From Candidatus Gorgyraea atricola (lineage in GTDB: Bacteria > Omnitrophota > Gorgyraeia > Gorgyraeales > Gorgyraeaceae), in NCBI GenBank assembly GCA_030765235.1, contig JAVCCW010000029.1:12939-76938 (forward strand): a stretch of 64,000 nt of DNA, read 5' to 3'. The position numbers were made by a program, and so were the translations under genes. This document shows, one piece after another, positions 10,279-18,081 of this stretch (position 1 is its first letter; every line of letters begins with the position of its first letter). Below the pieces are notes generated by a model. It searched no databases. It had not been told where the DNA came from and saw nothing but the letters and a program-made list of their open reading frames with translations.

Positions 10279-10671
10279 ATGAAGAAGTTAGTAGCATTAA
10301 CAATTAGCCTATTAGTAGTTGCGATGGCTATACCTTGTTTTGCTGGAAGCGCTCGTATCCTCAGTGATGAGGAGCTTGATATGGTTTCAGCTAAAGGTGT
10401 TGATCAGCCAGAGGTGATTTGGGAGATCCTCCCTATGGTCTCAGGCAACATGGAAGATTTCTTTGCTAATGGCGTACCGTATGACCTTGGTAGTGGTAAC
10501 ACAGTTTTTACCATGGGCGGGAACGCGCAGCAGAATCTACAAGCCTTAAGCAATATAACTGCGGTTAATAGCGCAGTCGGAGTCTTGATAAATATCACTG
10601 TTGTTAACGGCAATCTTACTGGGACAGTTAATCAGACCAACAACGCCCAGATAACCAACTTCGTATTCTAG
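10279..10671 (+). CDS. Small secreted single-repeat Fap-like subunit (candidate nucleator or cap)
   Basis: Signal peptide, then ILSDEELDMVSAKG motif, then one repeat NAQQNLQALSNITAVNSAVGVLINITV and C-terminal VNQTNNAQITN. Confidence 0.75.
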   Translation: MKKLVALTISLLVVAMAIPCFAGSARILSDEELDMVSAKGVDQPEVIWEILPMVSGNMEDFFANGVPYDLGSGNTVFTMGGNAQQNLQALSNITAVNSAVGVLINITVVNGNLTGTVNQTNNAQITNFVF

Positions 10672-10696
10672 TAGGCCAGGTTTAAACCTGGCCTAC
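10671..10696. repeat. GTAG-type REP palindrome
   Basis: GTAGGCCAGGTTTAAACCTGGCCTAC; shares its first G with the preceding TAG stop. Confidence 0.9.
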
Positions 10697-10716
10697 GTGG
10701 CACCAGGTGGAATATT

Positions 10717-11412
10717 ATGAGAAAGCATAACAGTATATTTATATTTGTCTTTATTTTAGCGATGTCTTTAGTAGCAGAGCCTTGCTTTGCTGCTAGTATT
10801 GGCATTGCAGGCAGGATAAACAAGAACGTAAAGAGTCTCAAAGAGATACGTCATCAGAATATTGAAGCTCAGAGTCTGGATTACTCCTGTGGTCCGGCGT
10901 CTCTAGCTACTCTTCTGAGCTATTACTTCGGCGATAAAGTCACCGAAGTAGACGTACTCGAGACGCTCCTTACGACCTGCGACATTGAAAAGGTAAAGGC
11001 AAAGAAGGGCTTTTCGCTCTTAGACCTGAAACGTTTTGCCCAGTCCCGCGGCTACGATGTAGTCGGCTATAAGATGGACCTGGAGTTTCTCGTTGAGCTC
11101 GATAAGCCAGTCTTGATCCCCGTGAGTATAAAGGACTACTCGCATTTTGTTATATTCCGGGGGCTAGAGGGCGATCGCGTGTTCATAGCTGACCCAGTAC
11201 TGGGCAACATGACCATGCGCTACGAGAAGTTCGAGAGGATCTGGGAAGGCGGCATAGGCCTGGTGCTTAATGGCAGAGACGATGAGAAACTAAAAGACTC
11301 TCCTTTAAGGATAAGCGGCCAAGAAGAGGCAGTTTTCGCGGACGCTACGACTGTACGAAGGCTATTCGGAGTAAATTCCCTAGGCACCATCTTCGCGGAT
11401 GGCGAGTTCTAA
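10717..11412 (+). CDS. Secreted stand-alone C39 cysteine peptidase (FapD-like)
   Basis: Signal peptide; QSLDYSCGPASLATLLSYYFG (catalytic Cys), GFSLLDLKRFA, HFVIFRG (His), IADPVLGN (Asp). Confidence 0.9.
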   Translation: MRKHNSIFIFVFILAMSLVAEPCFAASIGIAGRINKNVKSLKEIRHQNIEAQSLDYSCGPASLATLLSYYFGDKVTEVDVLETLLTTCDIEKVKAKKGFSLLDLKRFAQSRGYDVVGYKMDLEFLVELDKPVLIPVSIKDYSHFVIFRGLEGDRVFIADPVLGNMTMRYEKFERIWEGGIGLVLNGRDDEKLKDSPLRISGQEEAVFADATTVRRLFGVNSLGTIFADGEF

Positions 11413-11433
11413 ACTTTACACTTTAAGTGTAAA

Positions 11434-11459
11434 GTAGGCCAGGTTTAAACCTGGCCTAC
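11434..11459. repeat. GTAG-type REP palindrome
   Basis: GTAGGCCAGGTTTAAACCTGGCCTAC. Confidence 0.9.
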
Positions 11460-11470
11460 AGTTACTGTTG

Positions 11471-11500
11471 TAATGGATTCCCGCTTTCGCGGGAATGACA
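11471..11500. repeat. Miniature palindromic element (GGATTCCCGC...GCGGGAATGAC family)
   Basis: TAATGGATTCCCGCTTTCGCGGGAATGACA; second copy at 17205-17270 carries a 36-bp insertion. Confidence 0.75.
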
Positions 11501-11510
11501 AAGTTAACGG

Positions 11511-11540
11511 TTGACATATACCTATAATTTGTGGTATAAA
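11511..11540 (+). promoter_or_regulatory. sigma70 promoter for the FapF-like gene (near-leaderless)
   Basis: TTGACA 11511-11516, 18-bp spacer, TGG-TATAAA 11535-11540; ATG at 11551 with no SD. Confidence 0.6.
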
Positions 11541-11550
11541 GTCTATAGCC

Positions 11551-13043
11551 ATGAGACATTTGATGGTATTTTTTATTCTCTGGAGTAGTATGTTTCTTGC
11601 TGCACCCATCAGCATAGGCGCTAGCCTGGCTGAAGAGCAAAGGGAAATAGAGGGGGTAGTAGTAGGGTATTACTCTGCCAAGATCAGCTGGGCAACAGAT
11701 GAGCCAGCTACTTCACAGGTAGACTATGGCACATCAGGGTTTATATATGAACAGAGTTCCCCAGAGCGCAACAGCCTATTAATCAATCACGAGATAATCC
11801 TGAGCAACCTCAAGCCATCTACCCTATATCATTACAGGATAAGGAGTAAGGACGCTTTTGGCAATGAGGGTGTGAGCCAGGACCTTACATTTAAGACTCT
11901 GGATTTCTCCATAGCTGATAATAAAGCACCCACTATATCTAATATAAAGGTAGCCTCTCTTGCAGGCGTAAAAGAGCCTACCTATTTATCAGATGAGGAG
12001 GCAGCTGCTATTATAGGTGCAGGCCCGGCAGCGCCTAAAGGCAATTTCCCGGGTGGTAAGATAATTGCAGTAGCAAAGGCAAAACCAAAAGCAGAACCAA
12101 AGGCAGAGACAAGGCATATACAGGAGGGATCTGAGCCTGCAGCTTCAGGCATGATCCATTCAGCAGGTCAGCTTACTAAGCACGAAGCGCCAGTGGAAAA
12201 GACGCTTGTGCAAAAGGGCGGATTACTCATGCCTAAAGGCACATGGCAGTATGAGCCAAGTTTTGCCTATGCTCATACATCAGCAAATCGTATTGCCATA
12301 AGCGGATTTACAGTGCTGCCGGTTCTAATAATAGGAAGCATTTCCGTAGACGAAGTAAAAAGGGACATACTTATACAAACCAATACCTTTCGCTATGGGT
12401 TATTTAATAATTTCCAGGTAGAAGTAAAGGTCCCATCCCATATAGGTATCAATACGAGCGTATAACCACAGCAGACAATATAGAAACTACAGATAATCTG
12501 TCTGGACTTGGTGATATTGAGGCAGGATTATATAAGCAGATAGCGTTTGAGCATGGATGGGTACCAGATCTAATAGCTGGGGTCAGTGTAAAGTCAGACA
12601 GCGCCGATAAAAGCCCTTATGAGAATCCAGGAGATATTGGCTTAGGAACAGGGCACTGGGCAGTAAAAGGGAGCCTGGTGTGGGTAAAGTCAAGCGACCC
12701 GGCGATTGTCTTTGGTGGATTGAACTATACATGGAATATGGAAGATGATATTACAAATTACGGCAAGATAAATCCTGGAAATACTATTGGATATTCTCTT
12801 GGAATGACCTTTGCCTTGAATTACCAGGTAGCATTAAACCTGGGCGTGGACCAGAGCGTTACCGAAAAGATGAAAATAGATGACACTCCAGTAAATGGCT
12901 CATTTACTAATGTAGCCAGTTTTAAATACGGTTTTGTCTGGTCTGTAAACAAGAACTTTTCCTGTGATGTATCCGCAACACACGGCCTAACAGAAGACTC
13001 ACCTGACATGGTCCTGGAAGTCCGCTTCCCGTATACCTTCTAA
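11551..13043 (+). pseudogene. FapF-like outer-membrane secretion beta-barrel with an N-terminal FN3 domain, frameshifted by a 5-bp tandem duplication
   Basis: ORFs 11551-12465 and 12678-13043 join if one TCCCA at 12431-12440 is removed, giving ...KVPYRYQYER...SGLGDIEAG...PDLIAGVSVKSD...GLGTGHW...SDPAIVFGGLNY...GLTEDSPD...RFPYTF (495 aa, FapF-type motifs, terminal Phe). Confidence 0.85.
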
Positions 13044-13050
13044 ACCCAAC

Positions 13051-13098
13051 AAAAAAAGCCGAGGCTGGACCTCGGCCATTGGCCGAGGTCCAGCCTCG
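13051..13098. repeat. GCCGAGG-palindrome element, inverted dimer; may serve as terminator
   Basis: CGAGGCTGGACCTCGGCCA-T-TGGCCGAGGTCCAGCCTCG; 13052-13076 is the exact reverse complement of 62156-62180 inside leuS. Confidence 0.8.
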
Positions 13099-13136
13099 AA
13101 AGTTTAAACCCGGGCTACAGCTTTACACTCGTGCAA

Positions 13137-13162
13137 GTAGGCCAGGTTTAAACCTGGCCTAC
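13137..13162. repeat. GTAG-type REP palindrome (half copy also at 13102-13118)
   Basis: GTAGGCCAGGTTTAAACCTGGCCTAC. Confidence 0.9.
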
Positions 13163-13209
13163 TTGTTTTGCTTTGTTTCGTTAAGTTTTAAAAAATATTA
13201 AAAAAGTAT

Positions 13210-13265
13210 TTGACAAGACAGCGTTTACATGGTATACTTTCGTTCAATACCGTATAAAACCGTAG
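13210..13265 (+). promoter_or_regulatory. sigma70 promoter of the EPS operon with overlapping 10-bp-phased direct repeats
   Basis: TTGACA 13210-13215, 17-bp spacer, TGG-TATACT 13233-13238; repeats ACTTTCGTTC AATACCGTAT AAAACCGTAG with CG at 13241, 13251, 13261. Confidence 0.8.
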
Positions 13266-13286
13266 TAACTAAACGAGAGGTGGTTC

Positions 13287-14459
13287 ATGAAGAAAGTATG
13301 TAAAATTGTATTAAGTTTGTGCTTTTTGGCTTCCATTCTTGTAATTAACTCCACATTATATGCTGCAGAAGGATTAAAGATAGGCGATGCAGAGATCATC
13401 CCTTGGGGTGAAGTGCGACTTCAGTATGATGACAACATATTCCTGGATTCTGATGATGAAAAGGATGACATTATAGTCACGCTTGTGCCAGGTGTATCTC
13501 TTGAATGGCCATTCAGTGATAATCTTCTAAAGCTTGACTATCACGCGGAGATCACAGAGTTTATGGATTATGGCTCAAATGATGCCACGAACCATTATTT
13601 CTCCGGAGACCTGGAGGTAGAATTGCAGGACCTTACCTTTAATATATATGATGACTATAAGCATGTATATGAAAGGGCGTCCACAGAGGATACCTTAAGG
13701 ATCAAGAGGGAAGACAATACTATAGGTATCAGGGCTGGCCTGGAAAAGGATCGGCTTGGTGTACAGCTTGGTTATGAGCATTTTACTCGTGATTACAAAG
13801 ACGAAGATACTTATGATATTTATGACAGAAAAGAGGATATTTATTCCGCGGTCCTTACCCACCAGACATTCGCAAAGACAAAACTTCTGGCAGAATATGA
13901 TTTCGGGCAGATCAGGTATGATAGTTCCACCCGTTCAGACTCAGACTACCACCAGTTTCTTGTTGGCGCAATAGGCGAACTGACTCCAAAAACTACAGCT
14001 ACTGTAAAAGCAGGTTATCAGTTCAGGGAGTACGATGATAGCACCCAACCTGATTTTGATACAGGAGTGCTTTACGCGGATCTGACACACGAATTTTCAG
14101 AAAAAGATGCTCTTAAGCTTTCACTGACCAGGACAGCTTACGAGTCCACTTATGATATAAATAATTATTACACTGTAGAGAATGTAACCGCGATATACGA
14201 CCACTATTTCACTGCAAAACTACTTGGTTTTGTAAACGGCATATACCAGGTCAATTCCTATCCTCGAGAGACTACAGAAGGGACTGAGACACACAAGAGA
14301 GAAGACAGGTATGCTTCTTTGGGCGCTGGTTTCAGGTATTATATGCAAGAATGGCTGACATTTACTATGCAGCTCGAGCATATAGACAGGGATTCTAATT
14401 TTGATACATTTGATTACGAACAGAATCTAGCCACACTTACTGCAAAGGCGGTATTCTAA
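13287..14459 (+). CDS. Outer-membrane beta-barrel associated with polysaccharide export (EpsX/WzpX-like)
   Basis: Signal peptide; YDDNIF motif; amphipathic Tyr/Asp-rich strands; RDSNFDTFDYEQN near the C-terminus and terminal Phe; directly precedes wza. Confidence 0.8.
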   Translation: MKKVCKIVLSLCFLASILVINSTLYAAEGLKIGDAEIIPWGEVRLQYDDNIFLDSDDEKDDIIVTLVPGVSLEWPFSDNLLKLDYHAEITEFMDYGSNDATNHYFSGDLEVELQDLTFNIYDDYKHVYERASTEDTLRIKREDNTIGIRAGLEKDRLGVQLGYEHFTRDYKDEDTYDIYDRKEDIYSAVLTHQTFAKTKLLAEYDFGQIRYDSSTRSDSDYHQFLVGAIGELTPKTTATVKAGYQFREYDDSTQPDFDTGVLYADLTHEFSEKDALKLSLTRTAYESTYDINNYYTVENVTAIYDHYFTAKLLGFVNGIYQVNSYPRETTEGTETHKREDRYASLGAGFRYYMQEWLTFTMQLEHIDRDSNFDTFDYEQNLATLTAKAVF

Positions 14460-14460
14460 C

Positions 14461-15027
14461 TTGCGATATTTAACCTTTCTATTAGCGCTAACTCTAGTAC
14501 TGAATCCTTTCACACTCCTTGCTGAAGAGTACAAGGTCGATACAGGGGATGTGCTTCTTATCACTGTGTATGAGCAGGCAGACCTTACTACTAAGGTGCG
14601 CGTTAGCTCAAAAGGCGAGATCACCTTTCCTCTGATTGGTACTGTAAATGTAAAGGACCTCACAGTGGAAGAGATAGAGAAAAAGATAATGGTCTCACTT
14701 AAAAAAGACTACCTCGTAGACCCTCAGGTCAATGTCTTTATAGAAAAATATACAGAGAAGAAGGTATTTGTAATGGGTTTTGTAAATAGGCCAGGCGAAT
14801 ATGAGCTTTTTAAAGACCGTCCTACCACAGTGCTTGAGGCAATTACTATGGCAGGCGGTTTTAAAGAAGGCGCAGCTCAGAACGGAACCAAGGTACTGCG
14901 CGTAGATAATGGCCAAGAACTCACCATAGCTATAAAAGTAACAGACATCACGAAAAAGGGCGATAAAGAAAAGGACATCCCTGTAAAACCAGGAGATATT
15001 GTTGTCGTGCCAGAGAGTTTCTTTTGA
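14461..15027 (+). CDS. wza: Polysaccharide export (OPX) protein, short form (Poly_export + SLBB)
   Basis: YKVDTGDVLLITVY, GEITFPLIGTV, YLVDPQVNV, VFVMGFVNRPGEY, PGDIVVVPESFF. Confidence 0.85.
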   Translation: MRYLTFLLALTLVLNPFTLLAEEYKVDTGDVLLITVYEQADLTTKVRVSSKGEITFPLIGTVNVKDLTVEEIEKKIMVSLKKDYLVDPQVNVFIEKYTEKKVFVMGFVNRPGEYELFKDRPTTVLEAITMAGGFKEGAAQNGTKVLRVDNGQELTIAIKVTDITKKGDKEKDIPVKPGDIVVVPESFF

Positions 15028-15057
15028 ACACAGATGATCGCAGATGAAAGGATATAG

Positions 15058-17118
15058 ATGATCACAGATGTAACTAAGAACATACATATGCGTGATTACC
15101 TTAATATAATAAGTCGCAGGAAATGGCTCGTCATAAGCTTTTTCCTGATCACTGTTACGCTCGTGACAGTGACATCTTTCATGCAGAAAAAGGTCTACAG
15201 GGCCACTGCCACAGTAATAGTGGATGTGGAAGGCCCGAGTGTCCTGGCGGTAAAGGATGTTGTTAAGCTCGGTGAGACCAATTATTTTGCATACCGCGAT
15301 TACATAGAGACCCAGCAGGAGATAATAAGGGGCAGGCGCACTGCCTACCGTGTCATGAAGAACCTGGGATTGATCAAAAAAGAAGAGTTTAGCGAATCCA
15401 AAGACCCTATACAGACACTTCTGGAAAAGGTAAAGGTAGAGCTATTGCGTGATACAAGGATCATCAATGTACGCGCAGAAGATAACGATCCTAATCTGGC
15501 CAGCCGCATCGCGAATGAGTTTGCCAAGGTCTATGTTGATTCCAACATAGCTATGAAGATGAAGATGTCGCAGGATGCTCAGGATTGGTTAGGAAAAGAG
15601 GTTGATATCCAGAAGAAAAAGGTAAGAGAAGCAGAACTGAAACTTCAGGCTTACAAGGAACAAAATAGTATTGTTTCCATAGAGAACCAGGAGGCCATGA
15701 TCGATGATGGCCTGGCTAAACTGAATTCCAGTTATCTGGCAGCGCAGGAGCGAAGGATAGGCGCAGAGACTACCTATAATAGCCTTATTGATAGCAGTGG
15801 AAATGTGGCCATGGAAAATCTGCCATCGCTTTTAACAGACAATAAGTCCTTACAGTTATTAAAGGACGATTACCTGAAGCAAGAGGCGCTTTTAGTCGAA
15901 TATAAGAAGATCTACAAGTATAAGCATCCTAAGATGATAAAGCTCTCAGAGAATATAGATTATCTTAAATCTCGCCTGAAGAGCGAGATAGGGAATGAAT
16001 ATAATAGCGCAGTCGCGGAGGAAAAAAAGTTTAAGATGGCTCTTGCCGAACAAAAGAAAGAGGCCCTGGGATTAGAGCGTAAGATCATAGAGTACAGTGC
16101 CTTAGATAGAGAAGTAGAGACCAATGACCGTATTTTAGAGATCGTACTCAATAGACTCAAAGAGACATCTATCTCCAGCCAGATACAGGCGAATAATGTA
16201 CGAGTGCAGGATCTGGCAGAGCCTCCCATAAAACCAATAAAACCAAAGAAAAGAATAAATATCATACTTTCCATGATCGTGGGTTTGATGGGCGGCATAG
16301 TCCTCGCGTTTTTCAGGGATTATATGGACATCAGTTTAAAAAATCCCAATGAGATAGCCAGTGTGCTTCAGATACCTTTACTAGGGTCTGTGCCTAAGGT
16401 TAAATTAGACGGGAATCGTATCAGGAAAAAGGCTGATATCGACCGTGTTGTTGAAAAGGATTCGGCTTCACTGGCTTCAGAGGCCTACCGTTCAATAAGG
16501 ACAAATCTTTTATTCTCGCTAAACCATTCAGGCTCTTCAAAGAGTATAGTTGTAACAAGTTCTGTACCCAAAGAAGGAAAAAGCATTACTGCGGTGAATC
16601 TCGCGCTCATGATAGCTAATAGTGGAGAAAGAGTGCTTTTAGTAGACGCTGACATGAGAAGGCCAAGACTTCATACAGTATTTAATGATGATAATTCAAT
16701 AGGCCTTACGCAGTTTTTATCAAAAGAAGCGGACTTTGAAAGTGTAGTCAAACCTTCCGGCATAGATAATCTAAGCATAGTCACTTCAGGAGGCACTATT
16801 GGCAGTTCCGCGGAATTGATCTCTTCAGAACAGATGAAAATTTTCATAGAAAAGGCATCATCTGGATTTTCAAAGATCATCTTTGATACACCACCTATAG
16901 CCTTAGTTACAGACGCGGCATTGCTCTCGAGTATCTGTACAGGGGTGCTCCTGATAGCTGAAGGCGGCAGGGCAACAAAGGATTTATTGATAAAATCCAA
17001 AGGACTCTTAGAAAAGGTAGACGCGAAGATCTTAGGCGTCATAGTCAATAATATATCTCTTACCAGCGATAGTTCCTACCAGCAGTATTACTACGGAAAG
17101 ACTTACGGTAAAACTTAA
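15058..17118 (+). CDS. wzc: Polysaccharide co-polymerase / BY-kinase
   Basis: Two TM helices around a coiled coil; EAYRSIRTNL; Walker A SSVPKEGKS; LLVDADMRRP; IIFDTPP; Tyr-rich tail YQQYYYGKTY. Confidence 0.92.
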   Translation: MITDVTKNIHMRDYLNIISRRKWLVISFFLITVTLVTVTSFMQKKVYRATATVIVDVEGPSVLAVKDVVKLGETNYFAYRDYIETQQEIIRGRRTAYRVMKNLGLIKKEEFSESKDPIQTLLEKVKVELLRDTRIINVRAEDNDPNLASRIANEFAKVYVDSNIAMKMKMSQDAQDWLGKEVDIQKKKVREAELKLQAYKEQNSIVSIENQEAMIDDGLAKLNSSYLAAQERRIGAETTYNSLIDSSGNVAMENLPSLLTDNKSLQLLKDDYLKQEALLVEYKKIYKYKHPKMIKLSENIDYLKSRLKSEIGNEYNSAVAEEKKFKMALAEQKKEALGLERKIIEYSALDREVETNDRILEIVLNRLKETSISSQIQANNVRVQDLAEPPIKPIKPKKRINIILSMIVGLMGGIVLAFFRDYMDISLKNPNEIASVLQIPLLGSVPKVKLDGNRIRKKADIDRVVEKDSASLASEAYRSIRTNLLFSLNHSGSSKSIVVTSSVPKEGKSITAVNLALMIANSGERVLLVDADMRRPRLHTVFNDDNSIGLTQFLSKEADFESVVKPSGIDNLSIVTSGGTIGSSAELISSEQMKIFIEKASSGFSKIIFDTPPIALVTDAALLSSICTGVLLIAEGGRATKDLLIKSKGLLEKVDAKILGVIVNNISLTSDSSYQQYYYGKTYGKT

Positions 17119-17204
17119 TTTCTGATTTTTGCATTAGAGAACAAGGGGGATCGTCTTAGCATGAAGCGATTAAAAAAACATAAAATCAATTAAAATCGAA
17201 AGCA

Positions 17205-17270
17205 TAATGGATTCCCGCTTTCCCCGTACCATTCGCTTCGCTCAGGTACGGGGCACGCGCGGGAATGACA
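17205..17270. repeat. GGATTCCCGC element with a nested 36-bp CCCCGTAC...GTACGGGG palindrome
   Basis: Identical to 11471-11500 apart from the insertion at 17222-17257. Confidence 0.8.
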
Positions 17271-17279
17271 GCAACAATA

Positions 17280-17305
17280 GTAGCCCAGGTTTAAACCTGG
17301 GCTAC
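17280..17305. repeat. GTAG-type REP palindrome
   Basis: GTAGCCCAGGTTTAAACCTGGGCTAC (compensatory variant). Confidence 0.9.
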
Positions 17306-17322
17306 CAAAAAGGAGAAAAATC

Positions 17323-18081
17323 ATGAAAAAGAAATTCGAAGGAGATGTTTATTTTACACCAAAGCAGGCTGCAGAGTATTTTAATCTGAGTCTGTCTACT
17401 ATTAAGAATTACATCTATGCGGGCAAGCTTAGGACGCTAAAGACGCCAGGGGGCCATCACAGGATCAGCAAGGCTGAACTCTTTGCTACCCTGGATCACG
17501 GGGTCGCATCCAGCGACTCGCTTTCTTCAGCTATATTCCTGTCCAACATCACCATGGCCTTATTCAATGCGATCGGCCCTGCAGGAAAATCCCTATCCCT
17601 GCATGTGCAGAATGTCTCTGAGCTATGCAGTCAGATAGCAAAGAAGCTGGGCTTAAGCGATCTAGATCTAAATCGCATAAAAATAGCAGGCCTTGTCCAT
17701 GACATAGGGCATATAGGCATAGACAAGAGCATACTTTTAAAATCAGGGCCATTGAGCGCCCAGGAATATGAATTAATAAAGAAACACCCGACACTGGGCC
17801 ACCAGACATTGAGTTCGATAAAAGAATTGAACGGCATCGCGGACCTTGTGATCCAGCATCATGAGAGGATAGACGGGACTGGTTACCCAAAAGGCCTTAA
17901 AGGAAGTGACATCCATGTGGGCGCGCGCATTATAGCTATTGCAGAGGCGTATGATTCAATGGTCTCAGAGCATTCGTATAAGACGCCTGTTTCAAAGAAC
18001 AAGGCCATAGCTGAGCTTATGCAGCATAAGGGCACGCAGTTTGATAAAGATATCGTGGAGATCTTTACTAAGATCATATGA
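17323..18081 (+). CDS. Excisionase/BldC-like HTH + HD-GYP domain protein (paralog of 1976-2797)
   Basis: FTPKQAAEYFNLSLSTIKNYIYAGKLRTLKTPGGHHRI; LVHDIGHIG; HHERIDGTGYPKGL; TQFD. Confidence 0.85.
   Translation: MKKKFEGDVYFTPKQAAEYFNLSLSTIKNYIYAGKLRTLKTPGGHHRISKAELFATLDHGVASSDSLSSAIFLSNITMALFNAIGPAGKSLSLHVQNVSELCSQIAKKLGLSDLDLNRIKIAGLVHDIGHIGIDKSILLKSGPLSAQEYELIKKHPTLGHQTLSSIKELNGIADLVIQHHERIDGTGYPKGLKGSDIHVGARIIAIAEAYDSMVSEHSYKTPVSKNKAIAELMQHKGTQFDKDIVEIFTKII

Noticed and set aside
10717-11412. Bacteriocin/RiPP cluster suggested by the C39 peptidase and GG-like leaders
   Set aside because: The peptidase is stand-alone with a signal peptide, there is no ABC transporter or adjacent modifying enzyme, and the substrates are Sec-exported repeat proteins.
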